From Podarcis cretensis (taxonomy: Eukaryota), in the NCBI GenBank assembly GCA_951804945.1, contig OX638153.1, positions 15,562,001 to 15,626,000 of the forward strand: a stretch of 64,000 bases of DNA. The letters run 5' to 3'. The notes under the pieces are model-generated. The model searched no databases, was not told where the DNA came from, and saw only the letters and a list, made by a program, of their open reading frames with translations. Position numbers and translations under genes: made by a program. Of the stretch, positions 11,732 to 25,744 are shown in pieces. Position 1 is the stretch's first letter, and each line of letters begins with the position of its first letter.

Positions 11732-12590
11732 CATTGCTAAGCCAGCTGCATAACTTATAGTTTAGCGTGATGTCCAAGTGCAGCCCAATGCCATTCTTCT
11801 CTACTGAAGGAAGATGAGATTGTCCTTAGTGGAGGAAAGGTGGCAATTCTTACAGCGAGGCTGTCAACTTGATGAATTAAGTGGTAGTTGGTTTTCACGA
11901 CAGGAGAGTTTGCCAGTTGATAAATAATAGCTTCATATGTTTGCAAATGACTAAGTCCTGAAGATTTTTCTCTCTTGAGGTTTCAGATGATGCGTACACA
12001 CCTTGCAGCAGGCCTCATCTTAGAAGCGCTGCTTCCTTTTACGTGGAATAACTGGTGGTTTATTAAAAATAATTTACATTATTTTTTAAAAAAACCTGCT
12101 ACCATCTAAGCATGCCTTTTTACATATACAGCTAATCAAAAGAATTAACTGACACTCTGACTTCTCCCTCAGCTGTATCCCCCTCAGAAAAGTTAGTTGT
12201 CATCTGTGACTGTAGAGTGCCAAATTGGGATGCGTCATGTCCATTTGTATGTTGATATTAAGAATATTCACCTTCATAACACTGGATGCTTTAAACTTAA
12301 GGCAATCTTCTTGCACCCTTATTAAAAGGATAGATGTTTAACTGGTAAAACTGTCTGAACTTAGCCGCTTTCACTTCAGCAACAAACTAACACTGCGTGT
12401 CCACAACGTATTTTTATTTTTTTACGGGCCAAAGCTTGTTTTTCACTTTTTGGGGGAGAGAAAGTATTTCACAACTGGCCTTTGGGGCAAAGCTCTTTTC
12501 CAGTGCTCTTTGTGGAGCGGCCTCTGCACCGCACAGGACGTCTCTTCCTTGCCCTTCCAGAGCGAGGGCTTGCTTACAGGACAGGGGTGA

Positions 12591-12935
<345 letters not shown>

Positions 12936-12948
12936 TAGGCTAGTGGCA

Positions 12949-13324
12949 GGGACGTGGATGGCACTGTGGTCTAAACCACTGAGCCTCTTGGGCTTGCTGA
13001 TCAGAATGTTGGCAGTTCGAATCTGCACGACAGAGTGAGCCCCCATTGCTGTGTCCCAGCTCCTGCCAACCTAGCAGTTCGAAAGCATACCACTGCAAGT
13101 AGATAAATAGGTACCACTGTGGCGGGAAGGTAAACGGCCTTTCCGTGCACTCTGGCTTTCATCACGGTGTTCCCTTGCACCAGAAGCAGTTTAGTCATGC
13201 TGGCCACATGACCCAGAAAGCTGTCTGTGGATAAACACCAGCTCCCTAGGCCTGATAGCGAGATGAGCGCCCCAACCCTATAGTCGCCTTTGACTGGACT
13301 TAACCGTCCAGGTGTCCTTTACCT
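12949..13324 (+). mobile_element. Sauria SINE, older subfamily
   Basis: tRNA-like head and core; TSD actaggctagt at 12934-12944 and 13337-13347. Confidence 0.88.
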
Positions 13325-14415
13325 CCCCCCCCCCTTACTAGGCTAGTCTCCTACATGTTCACCTGACGTCTCCTTCCCAAAGCCCAGGAAGCTTCTGTCC
13401 AGTTCAGGGAGGGAGGTGTGATACTCACCTGCACATCATTGCGACGTCACACATGCAGTGTCCTGCTTGTCCTCGCTGGCTGTTGCCTCTGGCCCTAACT
13501 GTACCCCTATTTCACCGCACGCCACTGAGAGATGGGTTTGTTTTGGAGCAGGGGGGCTGCTTGAGAGCCCAGACAGCGGGCTGGCTTGCTCAAATTCGCC
13601 CTCCTTGTTCTTTTGGACCTGTGGCCTACTTTAAGATTGCCAGGTCACGATGCGGCAGTAACGGTAGAGGCCACAGCCAAGGTCTTTCATCCCGGCAACA
13701 GCTTTGTTTTAGCCTGCTTGTTTCTCGACTGGTCTCAACAGCGCTCCTATCTTCTCCTGCATGACAATGTAATCCTGGCCAGACAAGTTTAGGGTCTCAC
13801 AGATATCGGACTGCAGACTATCTAATTCCCTGAGCAGCTGCGCTTTCTGTGGCCCTGTACCACCTCAGCCTGAGGCTTCGCTGCCACAAGCACAGCACAG
13901 TGCAGCTGAACGCAAGGGGCCTGCAAGGAGCAGCCCCTTGTGCAGAGAGCCTTGCAGAGCAGCGTGGGCAAATGTCAGCCTTCAAATAGATAGCTGGTCC
14001 TCTGAATCTCTAGGACTAGTGGCAAAGAAAGCAATGATATTCTGCAGCCTTTTAAATGTGTTTGTGGGAGTTGGGGGGGGCTATTGTTTTGTTGTTTTTA
14101 ACTACTTATTTGTGTTTCTATCTTGCATTTTTATCTTGTGAACCACCCTGATATTAGGGTGGTATATCGCTAATAATAATAATAATAATAGAAAGTGACC
14201 CCAAACCTGCCCACAAGTCCTTGAGGAAATAAGACAACTTAGATGATACCTTAGTTCCCTACTGAAGCAGGTGGCCGTGTTTCTTGAGAAAAACATGGGT
14301 GGCTTGAAGAGGAGTGGGAAATAACCAAGGAAAATGAACATTTATGCTTGCCACTGCTGTTTTTTTTTTGGGGGGGGGGGAACACACATGAGAAGAGTGG
14401 TATAATTTTATATAG

Positions 14416-14688
<273 letters not shown>

Positions 14689-16132
14689 TAAGTTTTCTTG
14701 CTAGAGTAACTGAAAGGTGTGGCTAAAGGTATGCTTATTTCTACGTGCATGACGCTTTGTAGATTCAAAACAAGTATGACTATGACGAACTGACCCTCAT
14801 TAGAAAACTAGGATGTGCTTTTTTGTCAGGTACACTCAGTGGCAAACTGTCCCTTGTTTTTGCTGTGTTCATGTCCTGCAACAAAATATAATTTATGATC
14901 CAAAGGTAGACCTGGGTTTCTTGCTTAATAAAATTTCCCACAGCCTGTTTAAATAGCTATTAACTAGCACCCTCTGGTGGATATAAATGAATGGTTCTTT
15001 GGCTTGCCTGAATGCTGCCGTAAGCCACCAGATTTTATCAATATCCAACGCAGATGTTGTTTTGCTGTTGGGGACAATTATCCCAAACCTTTCCATTAGA
15101 AAAATGTGGCCACTAGCTTTGGTGGTTTTAAAAGGGGGTTAGACAAATGCCCAAAGGACTGATCCTCACGGCCGCTAGCTGTTAAGATAAAGGGACTCCA
15201 TTTTCATAGGCAATGTACCTCTAAATTCCTGGGGTGGGATCCCGACTGTCAATGGCGATTGGGACTGTTTTTTCATGCCTCACCTATGGGCTTCTCTGCC
15301 TGGGCGCTGGATGTTGGAGAAGATGGACCTTTCCCAGACCTCCCCAGGGCTCTTCTTACAGATGCATGTTGTTCTTTTTTTAGAGTAAGGCAAGTGGGTG
15401 GGCATCCATCTCTCAAGGATGCTTTTGCTGAGATTGCTGCATTGCAGCGGGTTAGACTGGATGACCCTCGGGGTCCCTTCCAACTCTACAGTTCTATGAA
15501 ATACTTTTGCAAAGCTAGTTGCAGAGGGGTTAGAGCAGAAGCTGAATGTACATCCCATGAACTTGTCTCTCAGCACTCTGTTGGATGTGAATGTCCCAAT
15601 CACTGCCCGCGCAGCCGGAGATCACTATGTGCAGCTAAGAGCTGTATTGGCACATATAGGGCAAAACAGTTGGAACCTACAGCTGGCATTTTCCAGAATA
15701 GTCTATGGCAAGGTATTTGATGTGGTCTCCCCCCACCCCCCGATGTTGCTGCACTCCAGCTCCTATTAGGGAGCACAGGGAGGCTGAGTGGAAAATTCCA
15801 CTAAAATAAAAACATCTCTGTCAGATGTTTGCATACTTGGTGTCATTTGGGCTGTGCGTGGTGCTTTAGAATCATGATTTTCAGGTTGGACATTGGATTG
15901 ACACTGTTAAAGCACACAGCTTGTCTTCAGATGCTCCCCCCCCCCCTTGATGAAAAGCCAGATTTTAAATATTAGCATGAAGTTCTTGAGACCTTGTTAG
16001 ATGCCCACATACTGGAATGGGCTTGCTGCCAGTTCAGCCTCTTTAGTTGATGCTCTTTATTCTAAAAATGAGCCATGCTCTCAGGTTGTCATCTGGAAAT
16101 GCCTGTGTGGTTTTTATGTTGTTGTTTTTTAA

Positions 16133-16309
<177 letters not shown>

Positions 16310-18445
16310 AGCGCTGCCTTTCCCCTAAGCCTATTTTTTTTAATAGAAAACCCCCTTGTTGGAGCAAAGAGAATTCTGTAAACAGCCAAAAGGTGCTTGA
16401 GCGATTAAAACTAGCCCCTTCCCCTGGAACTCCCTCTCTTAAGGGCTTTCATAAGTGTGCTGAGCTACCTTTGGTATCTAACCTCACCACAATTAGATTT
16501 CACAACGACAAGCTTTTCTCTCTTTGCTTTTGAGGGTTTTTTATATCTCCTGTTTTCATGAACTCTGTAACCTCAGTTCCCCCTCCCTGTTCTGCAGCAT
16601 ATTCCAGTGGTTTTCTAGAAGAGGCAGTATATGCAGATTTCACTTTAGCATGGATGAAAACTCTGGGAAGCTGGTTTACTTAGCTGTCTATTGTGAGGGA
16701 CAATCAGAAGACAGAACAGTCCAGCACTTCCGTTTTCTGCTCCCTTTCCTCTAACTTTTTAAAAAAACCAGTGTGTTACTGAGTTTGTTTCATTTCTTTC
16801 AAAAGTTTTCCCTTGCTGTAAGGGAAGAGGTGCTGTGCTCAAAAGCTGCTGCTCGTTATTCTGCCCAATAGTGATCTCAAAGCCATCAAAATCTGGGAGT
16901 AGCTGCCAGCCATTAGTCAGTTCAACACCTTATTGGTGATGAAACTAACCACTAATAAATGTTTGGAGAATTTAATTGAGAGGGAGCAGGGAGAGATTAT
17001 GCAGTATCCCTTACTCTTTGGTCAGGAACAAAACAGCTGGGAGAGTTTTAAATTATATTTCAGCCTGTTCCCACTGGCATGAGGCTATGTCTTGCTTGTC
17101 CTCCCTGCCCTTTTTTTAAAATTGTACCATAGGACAAAAATGTGTGTTTATATCAGGTTTCATTTTGATTATCCTGCTTGCTTTAGCAGCGGAACAGTTC
17201 TTTCTCTGTTCTAGCCAATCACCATTGGGATGTGTTGGAGAAGGTACGAAAGCAGAACGTCTCCTATGAGGTAACACAAATAATGATCACTTTGGGCTTT
17301 TACACAGTGAAACACTCCTCAAATCCAGTGCTCATCAGTTGAATTGGCTGGCAAATGGAATGTTCTCTTTCAACCATGGTAGGGAAACTTAGGATGCTTA
17401 GTGCTTGACTTTATTTTCGTACTGATCTACACACCGTTGTCTTCTGCAGTTGCATAGAGCAGATAATTTAGGGCCCCGTGCATCAGAGATACCTCTCGCA
17501 GAAGCGCCACTGACACTAATGAAAGAGCACCTCTTGTCTTTTACAGGGCGATGTTCCTGCGCAAATCACTAGTCCTACTTCTGAATTGCTTGTGTATTTG
17601 CAAATAAATTATGTACTGATGCTGCAGTGCCCCTATGCTGTCACGCAACAGAAGTTCATGCTCAGGAGACCTATAGAAGTGCTAAGAGGCGGCACTTGTT
17701 TACCTGCTAAAAGTTTCTTCAAACTTAACTTCTGTGCCCCCTCTTTCTGGTGCCATTTAAAAGGGATTTAAAAAAAACAAACCAGAAATGACCTTTTAAT
17801 GACTTCTTTATAACTGCCTAGAGCAAGGGAATTTGCTTGCCCACCTTTTCCTGAATACTTAGTGACTGCGCGGTACTCAAAATTGTCACATAGGTTTCTG
17901 GCAATAAGTAGCCACAACCAGAAGATGAAAGGGAACATCACAGCCTTAGTCTGGATGCCTTGTTGCCTTTGCTTGGTTTGCATGAACTCAGCAGGAAGAG
18001 GAGACTTTGAATGTCTTTTACCAACATATAGTCCAGCCTTTTCATCACGAGCTTTTAAAATCATCACCATTTAATAGCTTGACTTTGTATTAATGCAATA
18101 TTACTAATGCCTTTAATTACATGACGGTTTATACCAAAGACTGCTTTTTGTTAAGGAATGTTTGAAGGAAAGCTCTGACTCATATTTGCCTTGGATATTT
18201 CTTCAGAATGTTTTACTAAGTTCTAAAGTCTTTTATAGAAGTTAATATCCTCCACACTTTATGCAATTTATGCTTTCCTGAACACTTGTTCATCAGACCT
18301 AAGATGAAGCAAACTTGAATGTCAGTTAGGAGCATTTTGCCACTAAATACCTTTGTTTATAAACCAGAATTTTGTTGTATATGCTAATATTTTCAACCTT
18401 CTTTGTTCTGTTCAAACAAAATAAAATGCATTTGTATAAAAAGTC
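16310..18445 (+). other. VCL: VCL 3' UTR (about 2.1 kb; end approximate)
   Basis: Repeat-poor stretch after the stop; AATAAA at 18420-18425, with proximal AATAAA at 16954 and 17603. Confidence 0.65.
18420..18425 (+). terminator. VCL: Probable distal VCL polyadenylation signal
   Basis: AATAAA after a U-rich region, just before the AP3M1 3' end. Confidence 0.6.
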
Positions 18446-18619
18446 CACTTAGGTGAGTATTTTCAGGTTTGAAGGGGAAATGACTTTGCTCATTGAATAT
18501 AGACTGTTTGGCACAGTAGCGCCAGCACTAAATGCACAACCTTTTAATGAAAGCTCATTGTGTACGCATTTCAGTAACTCAATTAACCAAATGACCAGGC
18601 AAGTACAGCTGAATTCCCT

Positions 18620-18625
18620 TTTATT
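18620..18625 (-). terminator. AP3M1: Probable AP3M1 polyadenylation signal
   Basis: TTTATT on + strand (AATAAA on -), about 800 nt after the AP3M1 stop. Confidence 0.55.
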
Positions 18626-19417
18626 TCATTACAAATAGTACAACCTTGTTAAGCTGCTCTTGAGGTTTGCATGGCACAAACAAATTGCGTAGAGGGGGGA
18701 AAAAAACTTTCCAAAGTGGTGGCACCTATTGGACAATGCAAAGACTCCACTACCATACATTTTTCACCTTCAAAGTAAAGCAAGTTGTAAAAAATCCAGA
18801 ATTGGCTACAGATTGTCTGCTGAATGCACAAGCTTGTAAGGCAAAAAACAGTTTAGGTTTGAAAGGCAGCATGTTGTAAACATTGCAGGGAAAGCCTTGT
18901 TCGTACCACTGAAGATCCCTCTGGCCAGAGGACTGTGCCCTTGCCCCCTCCCTTTTGTTTCTGAATAGGACTTAGAAAGTGACATGCCCTAATAATCTTT
19001 CCAACAGGCTATAAGAAGAATGTCAGTTACCTTCAGCGATGTCCAAAAGTGGGTGTGGGTGTGTCCCTCTGTTTCCAGAAGTTCCTGCATTCCTCTTGTG
19101 CTTTGGTAGTTTGCTTGGCAGTGTACCGTATTAGCTGGCTCTGCAGACAGTCCTCAGTTGCAATCACAAGTCATTTAACCCATCGGCCCACAAAAGGGAA
19201 CTGTTACAGAAAGTTAATTTCAAAGCCATATATAAAGACCTATTTAAACTATGATTTAATTTGAAGAGGTGTAGTGCATGGGAATGAGTCTAATCAAGAG
19301 GTACTGTTAAAACTGGCATCTAGTGTAACTGGAGTCACCGAGTCTCCCCTCAACTGGGGTGGGGGAATCCCAAGAAAACCCAACATTGATCTGCCAAGAA
19401 AGCAGGGATCTTGAGTC

Positions 19418-19518
19418 TCATGTTCGCACTTGGAATTTCCCTGCTTTTGTGATGTACTTCACACCTTTAAACGGTTTGTACTTTTCTCCGTACATGTCAA
19501 GGCGGTTTACTTTTAACC
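19418..19518 (-). CDS. AP3M1: AP-3 mu1 last coding exon, GLKVNRLDMYGEKYKPFKGVKYITKAGKFQVRT*
   Basis: Mu3 C-terminus; TGA at 19420-19418; ttcag| acceptor; 101 nt. Confidence 0.96.
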
Positions 19519-20630
19519 CTGAAATAAGGAACAAGATAGGTTTTAGGGACACAATCTTTAAACACAAGTCCAACTCTTACAACGGAGGAACCCCCTCATG
19601 AAAAAAATCTGTTCAGCACAACTACTGACAGCAAGTCAGTCCTTCAGAGTAGCCAGTTTCCCAATTTATAGGAGATATAACTTGGAATGAGCTTTATTTC
19701 CCCAAGCTGGTGCCCTCCAGTTGTTGGATACCCATCAGCCATAATCGGCAGTAAAAGATAATGGGCATTGTTGTCCAAAATAACTAGAGAGCATCAGCGT
19801 GGGAAAGGTAAACTGGGTATGTGTCAATTTCAAGTTACAATTCTGCACCATGAACAGCTGAATTTGTTCAAATTAGCCCCCTTTTGCTAGTCATGGAGTT
19901 AGATTATTCATTGCATTTGTCGCTTGCTATTAAAAATGCCACACTGTAACTTAGTTACTAAAACATGCAGAATTCAAAACATCACATAGAGAAAATGATG
20001 TCTATAAGTGCTCATCTTGTAATATTATAGAAGGTGAAATTCTGAACCACCCCACTAAAATATGAACATGGTAGAACGTTAAACAGGGCTCTGAGGCCAC
20101 ACACAGCCCTTTAGGCAGTGGCAACCTTCAGCCACTTCTGAGACTTTTAAGATTTCAGCAGGCATCAGACATTTGCTATCTTCATAGCTATAAGGGGAAA
20201 AAACACTCTTTATGGTGGATGCCAAGATTGTGCCCCAAAGCCCAGTTCTGCAGTCAGCAAAACAGACAGCTCCTTCCTCTAATAGCAAACCTGGGTGACT
20301 GATTATCGACAGGACTGGAGCCAAAATGGGACTGCTAAGGAACAAGGAGGCCGGGTCAATGTGTTCAGATGAACTCTGCAGTATGCAGAAATGCAAAACT
20401 TATTTAAAGTTCAAAAGGGGGCAAACCCCACCCAAGAAGAGCCCAATGAAGACTGAGTGTGCTCACCGACCTTTGGGAGATGGGAAGTGCCAAATAGGCC
20501 ACCCTCTGCACCACCCCTTTCCTAACTATGCAGCTCTTAGTATTCTGGAGAAGGAGTGGCTGGTGCCTTGAAAAGGAACATTCCTCCTGGTGGACAAACT
20601 GCAGTATTTTTGCAGGTCCCACATTCTATA

Positions 20631-21000
20631 AGGTAAAGGTAAAGGTACCCCTGCCCGTACGGGCCAGTCTTGACAGACTCTGGGGTTGTGCGCCCATCTC
20701 ACTTAAGAGGCCAGGGGCCAGCGCTGTCCGGAGACACTTCCGGGTCACGTGGCCAGCGTGACATCGCTGCTCTGGCCAGAGCCAGAGCCAGAGCCGCACA
20801 CGGAAACGCCGTTTACCTTCCCGCTGGTAAGCGGTCCCTATTTATCTACTTGCACCCGGAGGTGCTTTCGAACTGCTAGGTTGGCAGGCGCTGGGACCGA
20901 GCAGCGGGAGCGCACCCCGCCGCAGGGATTCGAACCGCCGACCTTTCGATCGGCAAGTCCTAGGCACTGAGGCTTTAACCCACAGCGCCACCTGCGTCCC
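20631..21000 (-). mobile_element. Sauria SINE, young full-length copy
   Basis: TSD cccacattctata at 20618-20630 and 21003-21015; (ACCTTT)n tail. Confidence 0.93.
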
Positions 21001-21599
21001 ACCCCACATTCTATACAGACTACTGAAATGCCATTTGTGGCAGATAAGAGGTAGAGGGGGCGGCCTTTATTGCAGGAGATAGGGTGGATACTTTTAGATA
21101 CTGATTTAAATCAGATTTTTATTTTTATTAAGAAAAGCTCCAGCTCCAGCAGGTTTCTCAAAAACAGTCAGCCCAGTGGTTTCAGAATTAAACCCAAACT
21201 TCACGCAAACATTATCTCCTTATAAAAGTACTTTTTCCTCCGTAAAACACATTTTACGTCATCATACAGTACAATCTCTCTTGTATGAGAGAAAGTGGTG
21301 GTGGTGGGGAGCTGGTGAGAGCTACATCTGTTTTGCAGTTTGCTCAACTTCCTTGCAGTTTGCTGCCCCTTCTGTTTGTCCCATCGCATGGTGAGAAAGC
21401 TAGCTCCTCTCCTGCTTCTTGGCTGTGCTTGTGAGCTGAAACTCAGGAATTGGCCAATCTGCCTAAGCATGTCGCCTTCAAGAACTGAAATATGCTATTG
21501 AAGTCTTACGTTCACCCCAACCTGCTGCGTGTTCCCTGAAGTTTGGGAGAGAAATTCAACACTAAGTCCTGCTCCAGGCCAATGGGATAAGCACCTTAC

Positions 21600-21744
21600 C
21601 TGAAATAGCCAGCTGCTGTATCTTGAACTGAACATTCAGGTTGGGGTTTTCTTCTGGCTTGGGCGCTCCAGACTGCAAATTTACCACCCCTTTAAGGCTG
21701 GGCAGCTTCTGAGGGGTGATTTTGCCAACATCCCATGTTAACAC
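21600..21744 (-). CDS. AP3M1: AP3M1 exon, VLTWDVGKITPQKLPSLKG...IQQLAIS
   Basis: ORF 21562-21744; AG/GT boundaries; 145 nt. Confidence 0.96.
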
Positions 21745-23203
21745 CTAAACAACAAACAGTAGTGGTAACAGTGCCTTTCCAAACTGCTTTTCCTGTGAAC
21801 AAAGTCAACACTGTCACCCGCATATTCTAGTGTGCATGTCCTGAAGATGAGATTTAAATAACTGGCTAAGGCACCCTGTCCCACTTCCAGGAAGTTTTGA
21901 ACCGGCTTGCGGCTTTCTTGCGATGAAGCAGCTGCTCTTTCAAGCAGGGCAAAAACAGAGAAAACTGTTTCGCAAAAGCTGGACAGGATACACGCTAAAG
22001 GCCTGGCTGAGGATCCTGAAGCAATCGGCTTTGTTGCTGCTAGCAAGCTCTTAACCTACATTTCTAAACCAAAAAGCAACAGAAACAAGGGAAAGAAAGC
22101 AACAGAATATTCTTACACTTGGGGCTCTTTCCAAGAACGAGCCTGATCCTCACCCCCTAACCCTGTTTGCTTGGAAGGAATTCTTTGTTTGTTTGAGCAG
22201 GATTTACAAGGGCTCATGTGCATGAATGCAGCCTCACACCCTAATCCTATCCATGTTTACTCAGAAGTAAGCCTCACAGTTCAGTTGGATTTACTGCTAA
22301 ATCGGGTACTTGGGACTGTAACCTTAATAGGACAAGCTGAGAAGCTGAGGGAGAAAAGCTGGCCAGAAACATTTGTTTCAGTCGAGGCAAATGGAATGCA
22401 AAATAACTACCCAAATTAATATCCATTTGAGGACATTCATGCACAATAAGCAATCTTTAGGTTTTATTCTGCACCCAGCTGTTTTTGCAATGTTTCTAGC
22501 AGGCAAAGAAATCAGCAGAAAAATGAGGAGTCAGTGGGATGTACAGGGAAGACAATGGTCACGAGGCCTTACCCTTTCGAGTGAAAGATTTACAGGACTC
22601 CAAATTTTGTGCAATTCTTGAGTGTCATTAACCTGGCTATTTCTAATCATTTGCTCGAGAACCGTAAGCCAGGGCTACACTTGCAACATCCCTGTGTTAG
22701 GTAAGTGTGTGTGTGATGACAAGGCATTTAGCTCACACGGGCAAGGCTGTATTCAAGTAAAGCAGTTGTGTGAAACAGCAAGGAAAGCTCAAGTATGAGG
22801 CGTGAGCTTGTATCCTAGGCTGCCGATTTCCACTTGCGCAATGGAACTTCTCCCTTATCTCCTCTCCTCTGAAGCCCGCCCCCCATGCACTCCCTGGATG
22901 GAGATTTTGGGGGATGCATAGGGAGAAGGGAGGAAGGGGGGATCCTGTTTCATAAGCAGAATGCTGCTTGCACAGTGCTGAATACATCCCAAAGGTGTCT
23001 TGTCACGTGTTCCCAGCATCCCATAAGGCAGTCGAAGGTGAGCACACTTAAGCAGAGATTAGAGAAGGTGAAGCGGCCATATGAATTGGTCCAATGCTCC
23101 ATTACACATGGCAGCACCACCCCCTTTTCATTTCATTGGAGCAAGCCCCTCTAAATTATACAAAAGGTGGGTTATAGAACCCACAGAGGACAACAGGACT
23201 TAC

Positions 23204-23411
23204 TTTGGTGACAGGATCAAACGTGTGGTTGCCTTGTGTGGCTGTAAGGTTCACGTTGAGCACCGCTTTTGGCATGTGAACGGTCATGAGGACTCCTTCC
23301 ACCGTCTTCCCCATGTTCTGTTTGGGCCCAATTGTGACATCGAATCTTCCCGAAGATGAGTTGTCCTTGAAGCCAATCGCGTGCTTCACGTATACTGGGA
23401 TGGCCACCAAA
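23204..23411 (-). CDS. AP3M1: AP3M1 exon, LVAIPVYVKHAIGFKDNSSSGRFDVTIGPKQNMGK...FDPVTK
   Basis: ORF 23156-23419; AG/GT boundaries; 208 nt. Confidence 0.96.
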
Positions 23412-23561
23412 CTATACATTCAAAAAGGAGATTAAATGCAGTCATTAACCGTGTGGACACATAACAAATATGAGATGCTGTTTTACACACTGGGAAGTGG
23501 AGGCTTGTAAATGAATGAAGGCAAGTGGTCAGAACAGTGAACTCCTGGTTCCGCTTGCACT

Positions 23562-23714
23562 CCCTGGATAGCTCAGTTGGTTAGATCATGGTGCTGATAA
23601 TGCCAAGGTTACCAGTTCGATCCTCCATAAGGGACAGCGGCATATTCCTGCATTGCAAGGGGTTGGACTAGATGATCCTCAGGGTCCCTTCCAACTCTAC
23701 AATTCTATGATTCT
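23562..23714 (+). mobile_element. tRNA-Ile-derived SINE with CR1-type 3' tail
   Basis: Head tagctcagttggttaga..ggtgctgataa.gccaaggtt..gttcgatcc resembles tRNA-Ile; tail ggtcccttccaactc..attctatgattct is CR1-like. Confidence 0.75.
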
Positions 23715-23769
23715 CTCACCCTGTATTATAAATCAAGCCCAAATCTAGTTTGCCTTACAGCCCCTCCAC

Positions 23770-24530
23770 TCTCTTTCCCACCCAGATCTAAGGCATGTAT
23801 GCAGCTATGAGTTGAGCCAAACTTATTCAGGGACAGCCCCATGGAGGCCACGCTTTCCACCAAGTCCCAAGCAGCCCCTTGCAAGGTTGTGTTGGCATGG
23901 ATGTTAGAATTCCCTAGGACAACCAAACTAGGTGTCTCCAGGAGAACATCTGTCACCACCTGAAGCAGCTCAGGGAGAGAATCGTTGGTGCAGCGGGGAG
24001 GTAGGAACACCAAAAGGAATCTCATATTGCCCCAATTGCCAAACTTCGAGAACATGCACTCAGAAAACTGGGTCTTCCCAATAGGACACCTGATGCAAAC
24101 TATTGACTTCCTAAAACCCACTGCAACCCCCCTCCCCACCCATATGACCTGGGTTGCTGTGCATAAGAGAAACCTGGTGGACAAGCAGCAGCAAGAACAG
24201 GTCCATCTGCCTCATCCAAACAAGTCTCTGTTACACATGCCAGGTCAAGTCCTCCATCCACGATCAAGTTGCGGATGATGGTGGTCTTGTGAATCACTGA
24301 CCTGGCATTGCACAGCAGCACCTTAGGGTCATGTAGGTCTCCCTTGTTGATTCCAGTATCCTTCTGGTCAAGGCCAGACCTGGAGGCCGGGATAGTCTTC
24401 AAACAACGACTAAACCTGCCTCCTCAGCAATGACATGGTCTGGTCCTAGCGTAACTCCTCCTCCTACCCGTGATCACTAAGACCAGGTGTCCCAGTGCAT
24501 CCCCCACTCTGGAACCTGTCCCAGCCATTC
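23770..24530 (-). mobile_element. Degenerate L2/CR1-group LINE fragment, ORF2 APE endonuclease region
   Basis: VLLCNARS...DLACVTET...GGG motifs and LVVLG(N)SNIH, frameshifted across ORFs 24100-24402 and 23726-24184. Confidence 0.8.
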
Positions 24531-25077
24531 TGCTGGCTGGGGCCCACTCCCAGGCAGCCATGACCTTCTCCGCTTCAGAACAGAGTATGCTATACAACTA
24601 TGCAATAAATCAATAAAACAGTTGAAACTAATAATAAGAAACACAATTTACAGTACAGTTATACTAAATGGACATGAGAGATTGCCGCAAGACTACTACT
24701 AGACAAACTCTTAGACAAATGGCTTTGAATCTTGGAAATGTTCTGCCATAGATCTGTTCCGCATAGCTGGTGTTGGCTTACTAACAGATTTCCCTGCTTT
24801 TTAAAATAACAACAAAAGGAGTTTGTCTCGGTGACTGCTATCAACCTCCCTGAGTAACCCACATACATGCCATGGAGGGTGGAAATGGCAGTCACCAAAA
24901 AACCTCCATTACTGTTACGAGAAAAAGCCAGCCACTCCCACCACTGGTGAAAAAAATCCTAACCTTTAAAAATAATTTACACCTAAATTAGGGGGGGAAA
25001 CCCACCAAAATGTCACCCACCCTCATTTGACAACAGGTGAATGGGTATGTGAACTGGAGAGAGCGTGTCATTTTCTT

Positions 25078-25309
25078 TGGATTTGATATCCTGCTTTATC
25101 ACTACCCGAAGGAGTCTCAAAGCGGCTAACATTCTCTTTTCCCTTCCTCCCCCACAACAAACACTCTGTGAGGTGAGTGGGGCTGAGAGACTTCAGAGAA
25201 GTGTGACTAGCCCAAGATCACCCAGCAGCTGCATGTGGAGGAGCGGGGAATCGAACCCGGTTCACCAGATTACGAGTCCACCGCTCTTAACCACTACACC
25301 ACACTGGCT
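25078..25309 (-). mobile_element. MIR/CORE-like squamate SINE
   Basis: tRNA A/B boxes on - strand (gtgtagtggttaagagc; ggttcgattccc) plus core. Confidence 0.8.
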
Positions 25310-25610
25310 TTCATCAACAGTGTAAACTGGCTTTCAGCAAACTATGGGATCCTCATAACAAAACCACTTCTGAGTCTGTGGGTAGGGATTTGCCTAATTT
25401 TTTGCAGAGAGATGCTCAGTTTTTGTTAGGCACAGAAATAATAAGCAATATTAGCCTGTGTTTCTAAGACCTGTCTTAGAAACTATGCAGGTTACAGAAA
25501 GGTATCAGCATGCACACGGCACCAACGAAAAGATGAGAGTTTAGCAGGATCGTGGATGACAGCAAAGACAACTGTTGTGTATATACACAGCCCCTCATCT
25601 TCAGACTTAC

Positions 25611-25744
25611 TTTTGTGAGCTGACTCGATAGGAAATCAATCTGAAGTTTCCATCTGGGGGAATGAAGGAGAGCACTCTTTCCGACTCCCAGCGCTTGAAT
25701 CGAATACAGGGGTGAAAGCTCACATCATCCAGGAGTCTTGGATT
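25611..25744 (-). CDS. AP3M1: AP3M1 exon, NPRLLDDVSFHPCIRFKRWESERVLSFIPPDGNFRLISYRVSSQ
   Basis: Mu-adaptin FHPC and FIPPDG signatures; AG/GT boundaries; 134 nt. Confidence 0.96.

Noticed and set aside
23562-23636. Possible tRNA-Ile(GAT) gene
   Set aside because: Stems are disrupted and it continues into a CR1 tail, so it is a SINE head.
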